From contig NC_043002.1 of NCBI RefSeq assembly GCF_006345805.1, positions 117,366,001-117,430,000 on the forward strand: a DNA stretch of 64,000 nucleotides, written 5' to 3'. Source of the stretch: Octopus sinensis (taxonomy: Eukaryota). The translations under genes were made by a program, and so were the position numbers. Below are positions 1 to 14,200 of the stretch, one piece after another. The number at the start of each line of letters is the position of its first letter. The stretch's first letter is position 1. The notes beneath the pieces were generated by a model. It saw only the letters and a program-made list of their open reading frames with translations. It did not search any database and was not told the origin of the DNA.

Positions 1-1429
1 ATGCCTTTCATTTCCTTTTTTAAGTGGATCAATGGTGTGTGATATTGCATGCTGATAAGTGAGTAATGGAATAGCCTGTTGTGCTGAAGTGGGTGGCAAC
101 AGGTTGGCCAGGGATACATAGTAGTATACTTCAAATGTATTCCTGAAAGTGATCAGCAAGGCCTTGACCAGCTTCTCCTACATAAAGGGCACTACAATAC
201 ATATACAATATATAATACTGGAAGATGTGCAACAGAAGCTATAATGTGATATTGTGATTTAGGCCCAGCTGTGGCTGTAGTGTTGTTAATGTAGGGATAG
301 GTGTTGCATCATCAGCAAGTGCATTTCAAAGTACCTGGTTGTGTGGAGCTGGGCACTGGGGAGGTTGTATGTATTTGTGTGTGTGTATTTATGTGTATGT
401 ATAATATATATAGTTTCTCATTGTTCAATTTAGATTTTTTATCACTGCTACTGCCTAGTATATTTTACTCACATGGATGCTTATAAAATATTAAGACTAC
501 CAAAAGGTTATCTGTGTCTCATTGAGGAGGGGGTGCCTAAATTGTTTGTTTATTGAACGCCAGGTGATATTCCATCTCCACTGTATCTTACACTTTGATT
601 TATTACATGTTTCAACTTGTCTGATTGTTTGTAACTAATTTTAGTTCTTTCATTTTTTCTTGTTTTTCCATATATTTTTTTCTTTATTTATCTCTCCTTC
701 ACTTTCCTTACTTCTTATCCCTCTAGATCTCACAACCTTTTTTAATATCATTATTTGTACTTCCACACCTTACATATTTTTATTGATGTTTCTGTGCTCT
801 TAAATATCAATCTGCTACTAGAAGAATCACACTCTTGCCACTCTTTCTGAACAAAAAAATTTGGTGCTTCTAAGCCTCTGGCTGGAATATATTGAGATTT
901 CATATTTATGTATCAATAATAATTTCTACTTGTTTGATGTAGATTACTACATCAATCTGCACACCTGTTTACTCAATACACATTATTGCATCAACCTGTC
1001 CCTGAATTTTTTAAACAACTACTTAGGAATATATGTTTGCTTCACTAGTTATACTTATGATTACATTTATATACCCTCCTTTGTATATTATATAAATGAT
1101 ATAATGCCATACGTATGTTTGTCCAATTTTTTTTTTTTTTTTACAAACTCAGTTACTCAAGTTCTTATAGTCAACTATTGTCCTATGGAATTATTTTTGC
1201 CCTTAGGTAGTTGGAATTTTAAGAGTTTGGGATTTTCCTAGTACTAATCTGTTCATCTGTTGTATACTTATACTAGCATCTTTGCACCTATTTTGTGTGT
1301 GTGTACACACACACACAGGACTGAGTCTGACACTTTGCATTAAGGGAAAAGAAAATACAATATCTCATCCAAAAATAAAGGTGTTTTAAGAAATCAAAAA
1401 GTATCAGTGAGATTATGGCTGGGAGATAA

Positions 1430-1900
1430 GTTTACTCAAAGTAGCTGCCCTCAGTTTCCACTATGTACCTCAAGATGACTTTGGAACCTGATGTACACAT
1501 TCCTTACTATGTCTCTGGGAAAATCTTCAAGCACTTCCTTGATCTTGGCTGCCAGCTTGGCCTTGGTGTTGCAGGCAGTTGGTGTCTTTCTCAACTGCAC
1601 CACAAAGTAATTTATGGGATTACAATCAGGGTATTAGGTGGCCAGAAAATGGGGCTGATGAAGTCATAGAAATTCTTCAACCACTTCTGATTCTTTCTGA
1701 AGATAGGGCAAGGAACTGAATCCTGCTGCCACATATATAGCCTTTCGGCAGGAACCCTTTCTAGTCAGGGATTGCCCCCAGTTTCCAGTAGCTTCACATA
1801 GCCTCAAAGAAGTGAGGATGAACTGCAGATACAGTTAGAACATCTACTGTGTCACTTCTTGTTGGCCATGATTTGTAGTCTCTGTTGCAGCTATGCATAT
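1430..1900 (-). mobile_element. Degenerate IS630-Tc1-mariner (maT/DD37D-like) transposase C-terminal fragment
   Basis: With frameshifts, the minus strand reads FWPPNxPDCNPINYFV...CNTKAKLAAKIKEVLEDFPRDIVRN...RFQSHLE. Confidence 0.65.
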
Positions 1901-2114
1901 CACATCTTACAACCTTTAAGTGCACTAAGTAGCAGTCATCATGTTGGCATTTTGATACAAATCAATAAAACAGGTAACTATTTTCTAATATTCAGATGGC
2001 TTCCAGTCCTCCGTGTCAGTTAACTTTTATCAACCACAACTTTAATCATCATGACTGTTCACCAATACCTCAAGCTGTTCCTAAAAAAAAAGAAGCATAA
2101 AAAAGTCATATATA

Positions 2115-2800
2115 TGGAGCATTTTTACACAATTTTCAATTTCATGACGGGGGTAGTGTCGAAAAGTTGTGAATTGACATCAAAATAACTGGTGAAAAAT
2201 CTTAACTCTGCGACAATATCTTCTGTCTCCACAAACGCACCTAAAAATGGGAAAAGCGGGGAAAAAACCCCCACCTATTTATTAGCTATGAAATAGTTTT
2301 CATTGCATCTTCTTTGGGTAGCTTTCAAATGACTGTGATGAAATTACTCTAAAATATGACTTAAACATACTTTTTTCTTCGATTTTGTCTTCTGCTTCCT
2401 CAAGGAGGGATAGGGCGGGGTACTGTAATTTACATCAATATGAAAAATTTTTTGAATTTGATAAATTACAATATTTATGATATTTTTGCATATTTTGAGG
2501 TATTTGTGGAAGCAAAAGATGAAGTCACAGAAAAGAACATGTTGAAGTCATATTTTAGAGTAATTTCATCACACTCATTTAAAAACTATCCAAAGAAAAT
2601 TGTATCCAAAGAAAATGCAATGAAAATTGTATTTTATAGCTAATAAATAAAGGGGGCATTTTTTCCACTTTTCGATATGAAGACAAAGATATTGTCACAA
2701 AGTTCTAAGATTTTACATCAGTTATTTTGATGGTCATTCACAACTTTTCTGCACTACCCCTATCACAAAATTGGAAATTGTGTGAAAATGTTTCACCCTC
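2115..2800. mobile_element. Foldback/MITE-like element with about 300-bp imperfect inverted arms
   Basis: About 2120-2400 is the reverse complement of about 2495-2790 (e.g. ggtagtgtcgaaaagttgtgaa vs ttcacaacttttctgcactacc, and gatgaaattactctaaaatatgactt vs aagtcatattttagagtaatttcatc). Confidence 0.8.
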
Positions 2801-3216
2801 TCATACATCATCATCATTGTGCATGCATGTATATATGTATATTTAAGTGTGTGTGTCTGTGTGTATATATATACAAACATACACACACTCCAGTTATTTT
2901 GAAGCATGTTTAAAACTGATGATAAAGCATTTACTGATTGTGGGACTTAGTTGTGAGAGTAGTTAGATTTATTGTAAAATTCATGCAGACTAGCAGTTGA
3001 ATCCCCAATGGGATTTTCAAACAATGAAGAACACTACTCTTCAAGAGTGTATATAAGAAGATAACAGATCAAATCCTCATTAAAAGAGCAGGATGCTAAT
3101 GCAGCATTTCAGATTTGTTGTAAAGATTTCAATGAAAGGAGAATTATAAAATTTAAAATTCTATAGAAATCATAGTTTTACTCTTACTAAAACCTTTCAT
3201 TTTCTCTCATTTGCAG

Positions 3217-3247
3217 TCGAGTGGTACTTCCCATGAAAGTGGAAGAG
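3217..3247 (+). CDS. PITPNA/PITPNB: PITP exon 2 (31 nt; [11 protein letters not shown])
   Basis: Bounded by ttgcag| and |gtaagc. Matches the PITP N-terminal (Y/F)RVxLPxxVEE and joins exon 3 in phase 0. Confidence 0.88.
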
Positions 3248-6200
3248 GTAAGCAAGTTTGATTTTTGTTTTTAGAATTACATATAGAAACTCTTACTTTT
3301 AAATAGTATTGTTGATCCATGATTTTTTTTTCTATATGTATTAATTTTCTTTAACATGTATTGACAGAAATAATTGAGGTATTAAATTGCTGGACCAAGT
3401 GATGAAAGTTACAGAAAAGGTCAAATCTCAATTAAGAAGAGAATTAGCCTAGATGAAGTGGAGTTTGAATTTGTGCCTGGAAGAAGCACCACCAATACCT
3501 TCTGTTGAGGCAACTGCAGGAGGGGTACTTGGCCAAAAATAAACCTGTATTTGGCTTTTGTTGATATGGAGAAAGCCTTTGACAGGGTCCCTCACTCCCT
3601 TATCTGGTGGGCAGTGTGGAAGCTAAGGATAGATAAGTGGTTGGTGAAAGCTGTACAAGCCATGCACAGGGATGTTGTCAGTAAGATGAAAGTTGCCAAA
3701 GAGTATAGCAAGGAATTTAGTGTACAAGTGGGAGTCCACCAGGGATTAGTTCTCAGCCCCCCTCTTGTTTGTCACAGTCTGTAAGGCTATAAAAGAAGAA
3801 TTTAAGACTGGCTGCCCTCAGGAGCTCCTCTACACAGATGACCTTGTCCTTATAGATGAATCACTACCAGACCTATAGAAGAAATTTCAGGTATGGAAAG
3901 AAGGTCTAGAATCAAAGGGCCTTAGAGTTAATTTAGCAAAGACCAAAGTCCTAATAAGTAGGAAAACAGACAAATCATAGATCTCTTCAGGGAGATGGCC
4001 CTGCACATTACGTAGAAAAGATGCTGGGAGAAACTCCATACGGTGTCTCCAGTGCAGGCTATGGACATATAAGAGGTGCATTGATATCACTTGAAGATTA
4101 ACAGAGAAAGTACTCTTTACTTGTGGCAGACGTGCAGGTACATTAAACACCAGGAATATACAAAAAAATAGACTCCCTCAGATGTTAGCGGGGATCCCTA
4201 GAATTAGCAGACAGTTTCCATAACTTAGGTGACCGAGTTGGTAGTGATGGCAGTTCCGAAAGCATAGCTGCTAGAATAAGAACAGGCTGGGCAAAGTTCA
4301 GAGAACTAATACCTCTGTTAATAAAGAAGGGCCTCTGCCTCAGAGTGAAAGGCAGATTGTATAATGCCTGTGTACAAACAGCTTTGCTGCATGGCAGTGA
4401 AACATGGGCTGTGACTATTGAGGACATACGAAGGCTTGAAAGAAATGAAGCCAGCATTCTCTGCTGCATGGGTAATGTCAGTGTGTTTATAGGATTGAGT
4501 GTAAGTCATTTGAGAGAAAAACTGAGTATTACAAGGCATCAGATGTAGTGCAAGTGAGAGAAGACGGCACTGGTATGGACATGTAATATGTATGGATGAC
4601 GACAGCTGTATCAAGAAGTGCAGATCTGTAATTGTGGAGGGAATATGTGGAAAGGGTTGACCTAAGAAGGTGTGAGACGAAGTGGTGAGAAAGGTCTTAA
4701 GACTTTGAGCCTCACTGGAGGGATGACAAGGGACTGAGATTTCTGGCAGTTTGCTGTGCTTGAGAGACATGTCAAGCTAAGTAAAATCACAGCTGTCCTT
4801 GCATACAGGAATATCCCCTGCATCACTCTTTAGCTGAACGATCCTAATCTTGCAGGCTTGTTAATGCTGGTGCTACTTAAAAAGCACCTGTACCGGTGCC
4901 ACATAAATATACACTCTAAAGTGGTTGGTATTAGGAAGAGCATCCAGCCATGGAAATCATGTCAAAACAGACATGGAACCCAGGCAGCACTTCAGCTGGC
5001 CAGCTCCTGTCAAACCATCCAACCCATGCCAGCATGGAAAACAAACATTAAATGATGATTTTATATATATATATATATAGGTTTATTGTTCCATATAATA
5101 TTTAGGTTAGGTTATGTACTTTAGCTCAGAACTCTTGTTTTCCTCTCTATTCTATTACTTAAATCCATTTCTTAACTTGGCTTTTCATTCTCCTGGTGAG
5201 ATTGATAATGACATAAAATGTTGTATCAGCAAATAGATTGTAAAACTAGTACAAAGTACCAAACACTTCCTTGAACAAATTGAATTTCTGATAGGCTAGT
5301 ATTCTATTGAACTGTCTTGCCCTATCCTCTATCATGAGATATCCAGTTAGTATTTTAGTAAGCTGATAGAATATCTGGCTCTATTAACCTGACTTGGTTT
5401 AAGTAGTTAATAATCTAATATTTGAAGTGCTAATTTGGTCAGTAGCCACAAGAAAACATCGGTCTATTTACAGTAAATGAAAAGAAATTTGAATTTGTAA
5501 GTTGATGGAAATTGTTAATATTTAATATAAGCAATTCATTAGTTATAATATTAATGAATTTTTCAATTGAAATTTCTACTTGGTAGTTGTGCTCAATTTT
5601 GATAAACATATGCAGCCAAAGATGTGTTGTTTAAGAAGTTTGTTTGAAAAGTGTGTGGCTTCTGGATTGCTCAACACCTTGACCAACTGTCTTCTATCAA
5701 TGTCTTCTGAGTGAAATAGAAGGAAATTGTTTGGAAGCCCCTTGGAGAGACTGACCATGTACACCACTAGCAGAGTCCATTCAGATGGAAGCACCAGGTC
5801 ACCAGTCTGAGGGTAACTTCCTTCTTTCCACCAATCTTTAAACTCTACAGAGAGTGATGGTGGCTATCCCACTTCCTCTGACTCTACTATTAAGAAAACA
5901 AGGTTACATTATTTCTCTTTATATTTCCCATGAACTGTATTAGGTGATTATTGCCAGAAATGTTAGTGGCAATAACATCATGATGTTTACCTTTACTTGA
6001 AAAACACTTCAGTTTATAAACAACCTCTTGGTTTATGAACAATTTTTCAAGCATAAAACCTCTTGAATGATGAATGGTGTGTTGAATAATGAGTACACAA
6101 GCTGGCAACAAAAGTTGGCTACAAGCTGAAAGTATCAGTGAGAGATCATCAGTTGCTGTCCTGCTTTCACTTAGTGCAAATCCTTGCTTGAATTCACCAT

Positions 6201-9099
6201 GCCTTCTCTTGAATTTCCTACAGGAAAAATAGTTTCAATTTATGAACATTTTGGGTAACAAACAACCTTTAGGAATGAATTAAATTTGTAAACTGAAGTT
6301 CCACTGTAATATGTTTAGAGCTTTGCTAAATGTTACCTTTTCTGCAGGTTTGGTTAATTGAATTTTCTTTACTTTTGTCTTTATACCAATACTACTCGTG
6401 TAGTCACTCAATGATTAGACATGATGAAATCCTGTGTGCAGGTACAGAATATGGAGTATGTTGTGTACAGAAGGCTGCTAGGTTGAATGACACAGTTCTT
6501 TGGCAACAAAACTAGTAAAATCAACTCATTTGTCATCATATTCTCAAATGATAGATCCATAATTGTAATTGATTTAATATATTACCTACAGTTAGTTATA
6601 GTGCACATTTTCATATCACAATACATAATTAAATAATATATAATCTGTGGCAGATAATGCAAGCTGATTAATTGTTAATTGGCAACTTTGCTTACAGTGC
6701 ATCTCTACTTAAAATTGCAGAATAGAGTTTTAAGTTCATGCACGACTTTGACTTCTATGAATTTTAGAAAATTTCCTTCTGGGTGTCCTCACAGTATTTT
6801 TGTTGAGAAAGTGTAGATGCTTTATCATATCTAGTTCATCCAATCAAAGAAGTATTAACAACTTAACATTGTCTTTATAATTCATGTTCATATTATTCTA
6901 CACTTGTACATCTACTTAATGATTTTTCCCAATGTTACAGAAGTATTTCTAATTAGATTTTTTTAATACTCATTACATTAAATATGTTAATACTAATTTA
7001 ACTATAACTTGTACAAAGGGTGCTTTGTGGTGAGGCAAGAAATTCATATCTGAACGAGATTTGCAATTTACAAAAAAACTGGATAGTTTTTATACCAATT
7101 TCAGCTTGGAATCTAAGATAGTTTATGTAGACATATTACTGCAACATTTTATCTACAAATCTTTAGATTAGAATTTAACCTAAAAACTCCAATTCGTTTT
7201 GATTGTTTATAGGTGTGTTAATTTTAATGGTGTGTTTATTGTAGCCAGTATATTGAAAGAGAGAAAATGATAAATAGTTATACATAAAAACAAATACGAG
7301 GGGCGTTCAATAAGTAATGCCCCTGACCCACTTCCCATAGCAGTAGAGCAACGAAACTTGGCACAGTGGTTAGTCTTTTTTTACATAGGAACCACCCAGA
7401 GTTACGCATTTCTCCCATCGTTTGATGCAGCTCTGGTGACTGTTTTTGTAGAAGACCCCAGCTTGGTCCTCCAACCACGACGTGACTTCAGAAATCAAGG
7501 CTGCATCATATGGGAAACACTTTCCTTTCAAAAAACAACTTCATGGCTGGGAAGAGGTGAAAATCAGAGGGTGCAAGGTCAGGAGAGTAGGGGGGTGGGG
7601 GAGGAGTTCATAGCCGCACGCCTGTGCTTCTGATCTGGCGACACGCGAGTTGTGGACCGGAGCGTCCTCCTGCAGGAGGAGGATGCCTTTGCTGATCTTG
7701 CCCCGCCACTTGATTTTGATAGCTTCTCTTAATTTCTTCAAAAGTGAAGCATAATAGGCTCCTGTAATTGTGGTACCCTTTGCCAGGAAATCTGTCATCA
7801 CTACTCCGTCCTGGTCCCAGAAGACTGTGAGCATGACCTTGCTAGTGGAGGGCTGCACCCTTGCCTTCTTTGGAGGAGGTGAATCACGGTGCTTCCACTG
7901 CATTGACTGGGCTTTGGTCTCTGGATCATAGTGATGAACCCAGGTTTCATCCTGTGTAATCAGTCTTTTGAAAAATTTTGACTCATCTTGGCACATCTCC
8001 AACTTCATCCTCGAGCACTCAACGCGTTCTTGCTTCTGGAAAGGTGTGAGCAACCTGGGAATCCATCTGGCAGACACCTTTTGCATATGCAAATGGTCAT
8101 GAATGATAGTTTCCACAGACCCGGTACTAATCTTGACCTCATGGGCTATTTGGCGAATAGTTATGCATTGATCTTCCAAAATGGCAGCCTCAACTTGACG
8201 GACAGATGCCTCATCAATGGCAGAAGGGGGCGACCAGATCTGGGAGCTGTTTCCACAGAGTTCCGACCATGTTTAAATTCACGATGCCAGTGTTTTACAA
8301 GGTCATATGATGGGGCATCATCACCATAAGTTACTTTCATTTCATCAAAAGTCTCCCGTGGTGTGCGTCCTTTCAAATACAAAAACTGGGTCACTGCTCG
8401 ACACTCAACATGCTCCATTTCACACTTGACTCTGTTCAAACACCTGAAAATCAGAAACCACAATTAGTTCAGAGCTGTAATTTGTGTGTGTGTATATATA
8501 TATATATACATGTGTGTGTGTATATATATATACATATGTGTGTGTGTATATATATATATACATATATATATGTGTGTATATATATATATATGTATAACGG
8601 TGAAAAGGAACACACGAGTTGATATATATGAAAAAACAAGTCAAAAATAGAAAATGCTAAAATAATTTTATAGTGAACATTTCAGTACCGGTTTCGGTCA
8701 TTTTGAGACCTTTTCAACTGTAACGATTAAATAATTAAATTTAGAAAAATTAGAAGAAAAGTTTTTTTAAAAGAATATTTCTATAGTAGTGTTCAGATTT
8801 AAGTGGCATTCTGCCTTTCTCTGACTCCCTTGTTTGCACTTGTGTGTTGGACCTCCAACACACAAGTGCAAACAAGGGAGTCAGAGAAAGGCAGAATGCC
8901 ACTTAAATCTGAACACTACTATAGAAATATTCTTTTAAAAAAACTTTTCTTCTAATTTTCTAAATTTAATTATTTAATCGTTACAGTTGAAAAGGTCTCA
9001 AAATGACCGAAAACGGTACTGAAATGCCCACTATAAAATTATTTTAGCATTTTCTATTTGGCTTGTTTTTCATATATATATATATATATATATAATATA

Positions 9100-9163
<64 letters not shown>

Positions 9164-9192
9164 ATATATATGTGTTGTGTGTGGTGTGTGTG

Positions 9193-9223
<31 letters not shown>

Positions 9224-10376
9224 TATATGTGTGTGTGTGTGTGGTGTGTATATATGTGTGTGTGTGTTGTGTATATATGTGTGTGTTGTGTGTGTGTATA
9301 TAATATGTGTGTGTGTGTGGTATATATATATGTGTGTGTGTGTGTGTATATATATATGTGTGTGTGTTGGGTGTAATATATATATGTGTGTGTGTGTGTA
9401 TATATATATGTGTGTGTGTGTATATATATACATGTGTGTGTGTGTATATATATATACATGTGTGTGTGTGTGTGTGATATATATACATGTGTGGTGTGTG
9501 GTGTATATATATACATGGTGTGGTGTGGGTGTATATATATACGGTGTGTGTGTGTGTATATATATATACATGTGTGTGTGTATATATATATACATGTGTG
9601 TGTGTGTGTGTATATATATATACATGTGTGTGTGTGTGTGTATATATATATACGTGTGTGTGTGTGTGTATATATATATACGTATGTGTATATCATCATC
9701 ATCATCGTTTAGCGTCCGTTTTCCATGCTAGCATGGGTTGGACGGTTCTACTGGGGTCTGTGAAGCCAGAAGGCTTCATCAGGCCCAGTCAAATCTGGCA
9801 GTGTTTCTACGGCTGGATGCCCTTCCTAACGCCAACCACTCCGTGAGTGTAGTGGGTGCTTTTTACGTGCCACCCGCACTGGTGCCAGACAGAGCTGGCA
9901 AACGGCCACGAACGGATGGTGCTTTTTATGTGCCACCGGCACGAGGGCCAGGCGAGGCTGGCAACGGACACGAAACGGGGCGGTGCTGGCAATGGTCGCG
10001 AAGCGGAAAGTTCTCTTACATGCCACCAGCACTGGTAACACATCTGCAATTTCAAGACTTCTTCATCATGGACGGCAACACATTGACGATTTAAAGGCTG
10101 GCGCAAATTTTTTAGCTTCATGTAACAGAGAATTCCTAAACACCCGCTCCTGTAAATTTTAATCCCCTTCAAGCCCCATTTAGACCTCTTTTCACATTTT
10201 GGTTAATATAACCCGATTTCATTCGAGTCTACTGGGGCCACATTGTATAAGATGAGGAATTTTGTCCTAGAGGTCACGCCTTTCATTTGAGGAAAAAAAT
10301 AGTTGCCATGCAAACTCGCCAGTACTTTTAACATAGGTGTGCATATTTTCAGCTCAACCGACCACATAATGCACAC

Positions 10377-10422
<46 letters not shown>

Positions 10423-10439
10423 ATATAACGCATTATATA

Positions 10440-10471
<32 letters not shown>

Positions 10472-10486
10472 ACGCATTATATATAC

Positions 10487-10531
<45 letters not shown>

Positions 10532-11248
10532 TAAATTAAATTAGAGATATAAAACCACTATTAGGCAAATCAAACAGTGAAAAACATAAACGAAAACATA
10601 AAAATTAAAATATAATATACAAAATATATAAAATATAAAATTTTAAAATTTAAATTATTTAAAATTAAAATTATTAATTTATATTTATAGTTTAAAAAAA
10701 ATATATATAACTATTAAAAAGTTTAATATACATATTTATATATAGAACACACACACACACATATATAAATTAACCCAATAAATATCTGATTCATAATGAT
10801 TGCGTGGTGGTGGTGGCGATGATAATTCTGTCTATGAATGCAGACAGACGTAGAGAGAGAGAGAGAGAGAGAGTGTGAAGGCGGGGAAGAGGGGGAGATA
10901 TAGAACGCCGTTTGACGACATTATAAAGAGAAAGTGAAGGGGAGTTAGACACTGTTAACGACGTTATTTTTAGAAAGTGATGGGAAGGGAGGAAAGAGAG
11001 TGAGTGACGGAGGAAGACAGATACATAAAAGAATGAGAGTAGGCTTGTCAAAGTGCGTTTTTGGCCCTAGCAACGACACCTTTTAAGATAGGGATTTCTA
11101 ACCTAGCCCACTGGCATCCTCACCTCATTTTTCATGTCCCTGTAAATTTTGGAGTCAATCTGACGGGATCTAGTGGCCTTTAACCCGTTCTCAATGCCAA
11201 AACCAGACAAACAAACTTTTCGCATTTCAGTTTTATAAATAGAGATAT

Positions 11249-11282
<34 letters not shown>

Positions 11283-14200
11283 TATGATAAAACGGTAAGA
11301 TATATATACACACACACACAGACACACATATATATACACAGACACAGACACACATATATATATACACATACACACATATATATATATACACACACAGACA
11401 CACACATATATATATATATATACACATATATACACACACACGCACACATATATATATATATACATATATTCATATATATATATATATATATAATATTTTA
11501 TATATACATGTATTCATATATATACATGTATTCATATATATACATGTATTCATATATATATATATATAATATTTATATATATATATGTATTCATATATAT
11601 ACATGTATTCATATATATACATGTATTCATATATATACATGTATTCATATATATATATATATATAATATATATATATATATATAGACATATATATATATA
11701 TCGACATATATATATACATATATATATATATAATATATATATACATATATATATATATATTCATAAAACTTTTCTTCTAATTTTTCTAAATTTAATTATT
11801 TAATCGTTACAGTTGAAAAGGTCTCAAAATGACCGAAAACGGTACTGAAATGTTCACTATAAAATTATTTTAGCATTTTCTATTTTTGACTTGTTTTTTC
11901 ATATATTCATATATATATACATATATTCATATCATCATCATTTAGCGTCCGTTTTCCATGCTAGCATGGGTTGGACGGTTCAACTGGGGTCTGTGAAGCC
12001 GGAAGGCTTCATCAGATCTGGCAGTGTTTCTATGGCTGGATGCCCTTCCTAACGCCAACCACTCCGTGAGTGTAGTGGGTGCTTTTTACGTGCCACCCGC
12101 ACAGGTGCCAGACAGAGCTGGCAAACGGCCATGAACGGATGGTGCTTTTACGTGCCACCGGCACGGGGGCCAGGCGAGGCTGGCAACGGATACGAACGGA
12201 TGGTGCTTTTACATGCCACTGGCACGGGGGCCAGGCAAGGCTGGCAATGGACACGAGTGTATGGTGCTTTTACGTGCCACCGGCACGGGAGCCAGGCGAG
12301 GCTGGCAACGGACACGAGCGGATCGGGCTTTTATGTGCCACTGGTACGGGGGCCAGGCGAGGCTGGTAACGAACACGAGCGGATGGTGCTTTTACGTGCC
12401 ACCGGCACGGGAGCCAGGCGAGGCTGGCAACGGACACGAGCGGATCGGGCTTTTATGTGCCACTGGTACGGGGGCCAGGCGAGGCTGGTAACGAACACGA
12501 GCGGATGGTGCTTTTACGTGCCACCAACAACCACGATCGGATAGTTCGCTTAACCACAGCTGCAATTTCAACTGATGTTGATCGACCTCAATTTTGGTTC
12601 TGCTTTCTGATATCTGATTTGATTTGGTTTGATTTTGATTGTTCTCACTGGTCTTGCCGGGTCTTCTCACGCACAGCATACTTCCATAGGTCTCGGTCTC
12701 TGGTCATTTCCTTGGTGAGACCTAGAGTTCGAAGGTCGTGCTTCACCACCTCGACCCAGGTTTTCCTGGGTCTACCTCTTCCACAGGTCCCCTCAACTGC
12801 CAGGGTGTGGCACTTTTTCACACAACTATCTTCATCCATTCTCACCACATGACCATACCAGCGTAATCGTCTCTCTTGCACACAACATCTGATTCCTCTT
12901 AGGTCCAACTTTTCTCTCAAGGTACTTACACTCTGTCGAGTATGAACACTGACATTACACATCCAACGGAGCATACTAGCTTCATTTCTTGCGAGCTTAC
13001 GCAAATCCTCAGCAGTCACAGCCCAAGTTTCACTACCATGTAGCATGGCTGTACGTACACATGCATCATACAGTCTGCCTTTTACTTTGAGCGAGAGGCC
13101 TTTTGTCACCAGCAGGGGTAAGAGCTCTCTAAACTTTGCCCAGGCTATTCTTACTCTAGCAGTTACACTTTCAGCACACCCGCCCCCGCTACTGACTTGG
13201 TCACCTAGGTAGCGGAAGCTATCAACTACTTCTAGTTTTTCTCCCTGGAACGTGGTAGAAGTTGGTCTCTGCATATTTTCAGATAAAAACTATTTTCCTA
13301 GTTAGTCTTCCTTTGACATTACTACATCTCTTATGTGTCCATAGCTTACATTTGGTGCATCTTATAGAGTTTCTACCTACGCCTTTTCTACAGATCGAGC
13401 AGGGCCACCTACCTGAAGGTGTTTGTGATTGGTCTACCTTCCTATTTATTAGGACTTTGGTTTTGGCTAGGTTGATTCTAAGGCCCTTCGATTCTTAACC
13501 TTGCTTCCACACCTGAAACTTCTCCTCCAGTTCTGATAGAGACTCAGCAATTAGAGCAAGGTCATCAGCATAGAGGAGCTCCCAGGGGCATCCTGTCTTG
13601 AATTCCTCCGTTATTGCCTGGAGGACTATGATAAATAGGAGGGGACTGAGGACTGAACCTTGGTGGACCCCTACCTCTACTCTGAATTCTTCACTGTACT
13701 CGATGCCAACCCTCACCTTACTAGCAGTGTCTCTGTACATGGCTTGTACAGCTCTCACTAACCATTCATCTATCCCTAGTTTTCTCATTGACCACCAGAT
13801 AAGGAATCGGGGGACCTTGTCGAAGGCTTTCTCCATATCAACAAAAGCAAGGTATAGGGGCTTGTCTTTGGCTAGGTATTTCTCCTGCAGCTGTCTTACC
13901 AGGAAAATAGCATCAGTAGTACTTTTCCCTGGCATGAACCCAAACTGCATCTCATCTAAGCTAACTCTCTCTCTCTAATTAGTTGGGCTATAACCCTCTC
14001 CGTAACCTTCATTACCTGATCCAGCAGCTTGATACCCCTGTAGTTATTTGTATCAGTTGACTATTATGCTGCTACACCAGTCATTGGGTATGACTCCTTC
14101 GTGTATCAACTGGTTAACTATACGGGTGACTAGGCTATAGCCGACACTACCAGATATTTTGAGCATCTCTGCAGTAATTCCTGATGGGCCTGGGGCTTTC

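Noticed and set aside
49-66. ATG CTG ATA AGT GAG TA as a possible PITP exon 1 (MLIxE)
   Set aside because: It continues into TAA with no GT donor after the required two bases. Exon 1 is presumably upstream of the window.
11058-11072. 15-mer TTTTTGGCCCTAGCA shared with both Gypsy LTRs
   Set aside because: The match is isolated with no flanking homology, so it is insufficient to call a solo LTR.
8410-11803. Many ORFs rich in YIYI, CVCV and HTHT (also 16942-17349 and others)
   Set aside because: They are translations of TA/TG/CA microsatellites, which are stop-poor by composition.
12078-12530. CRISPR-like look: conserved palindromic repeat alternating with variable segments
   Set aside because: The spacers are related to each other and some are identical. 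The array is inside a eukaryotic LINE 3' UTR and there are no cas genes.
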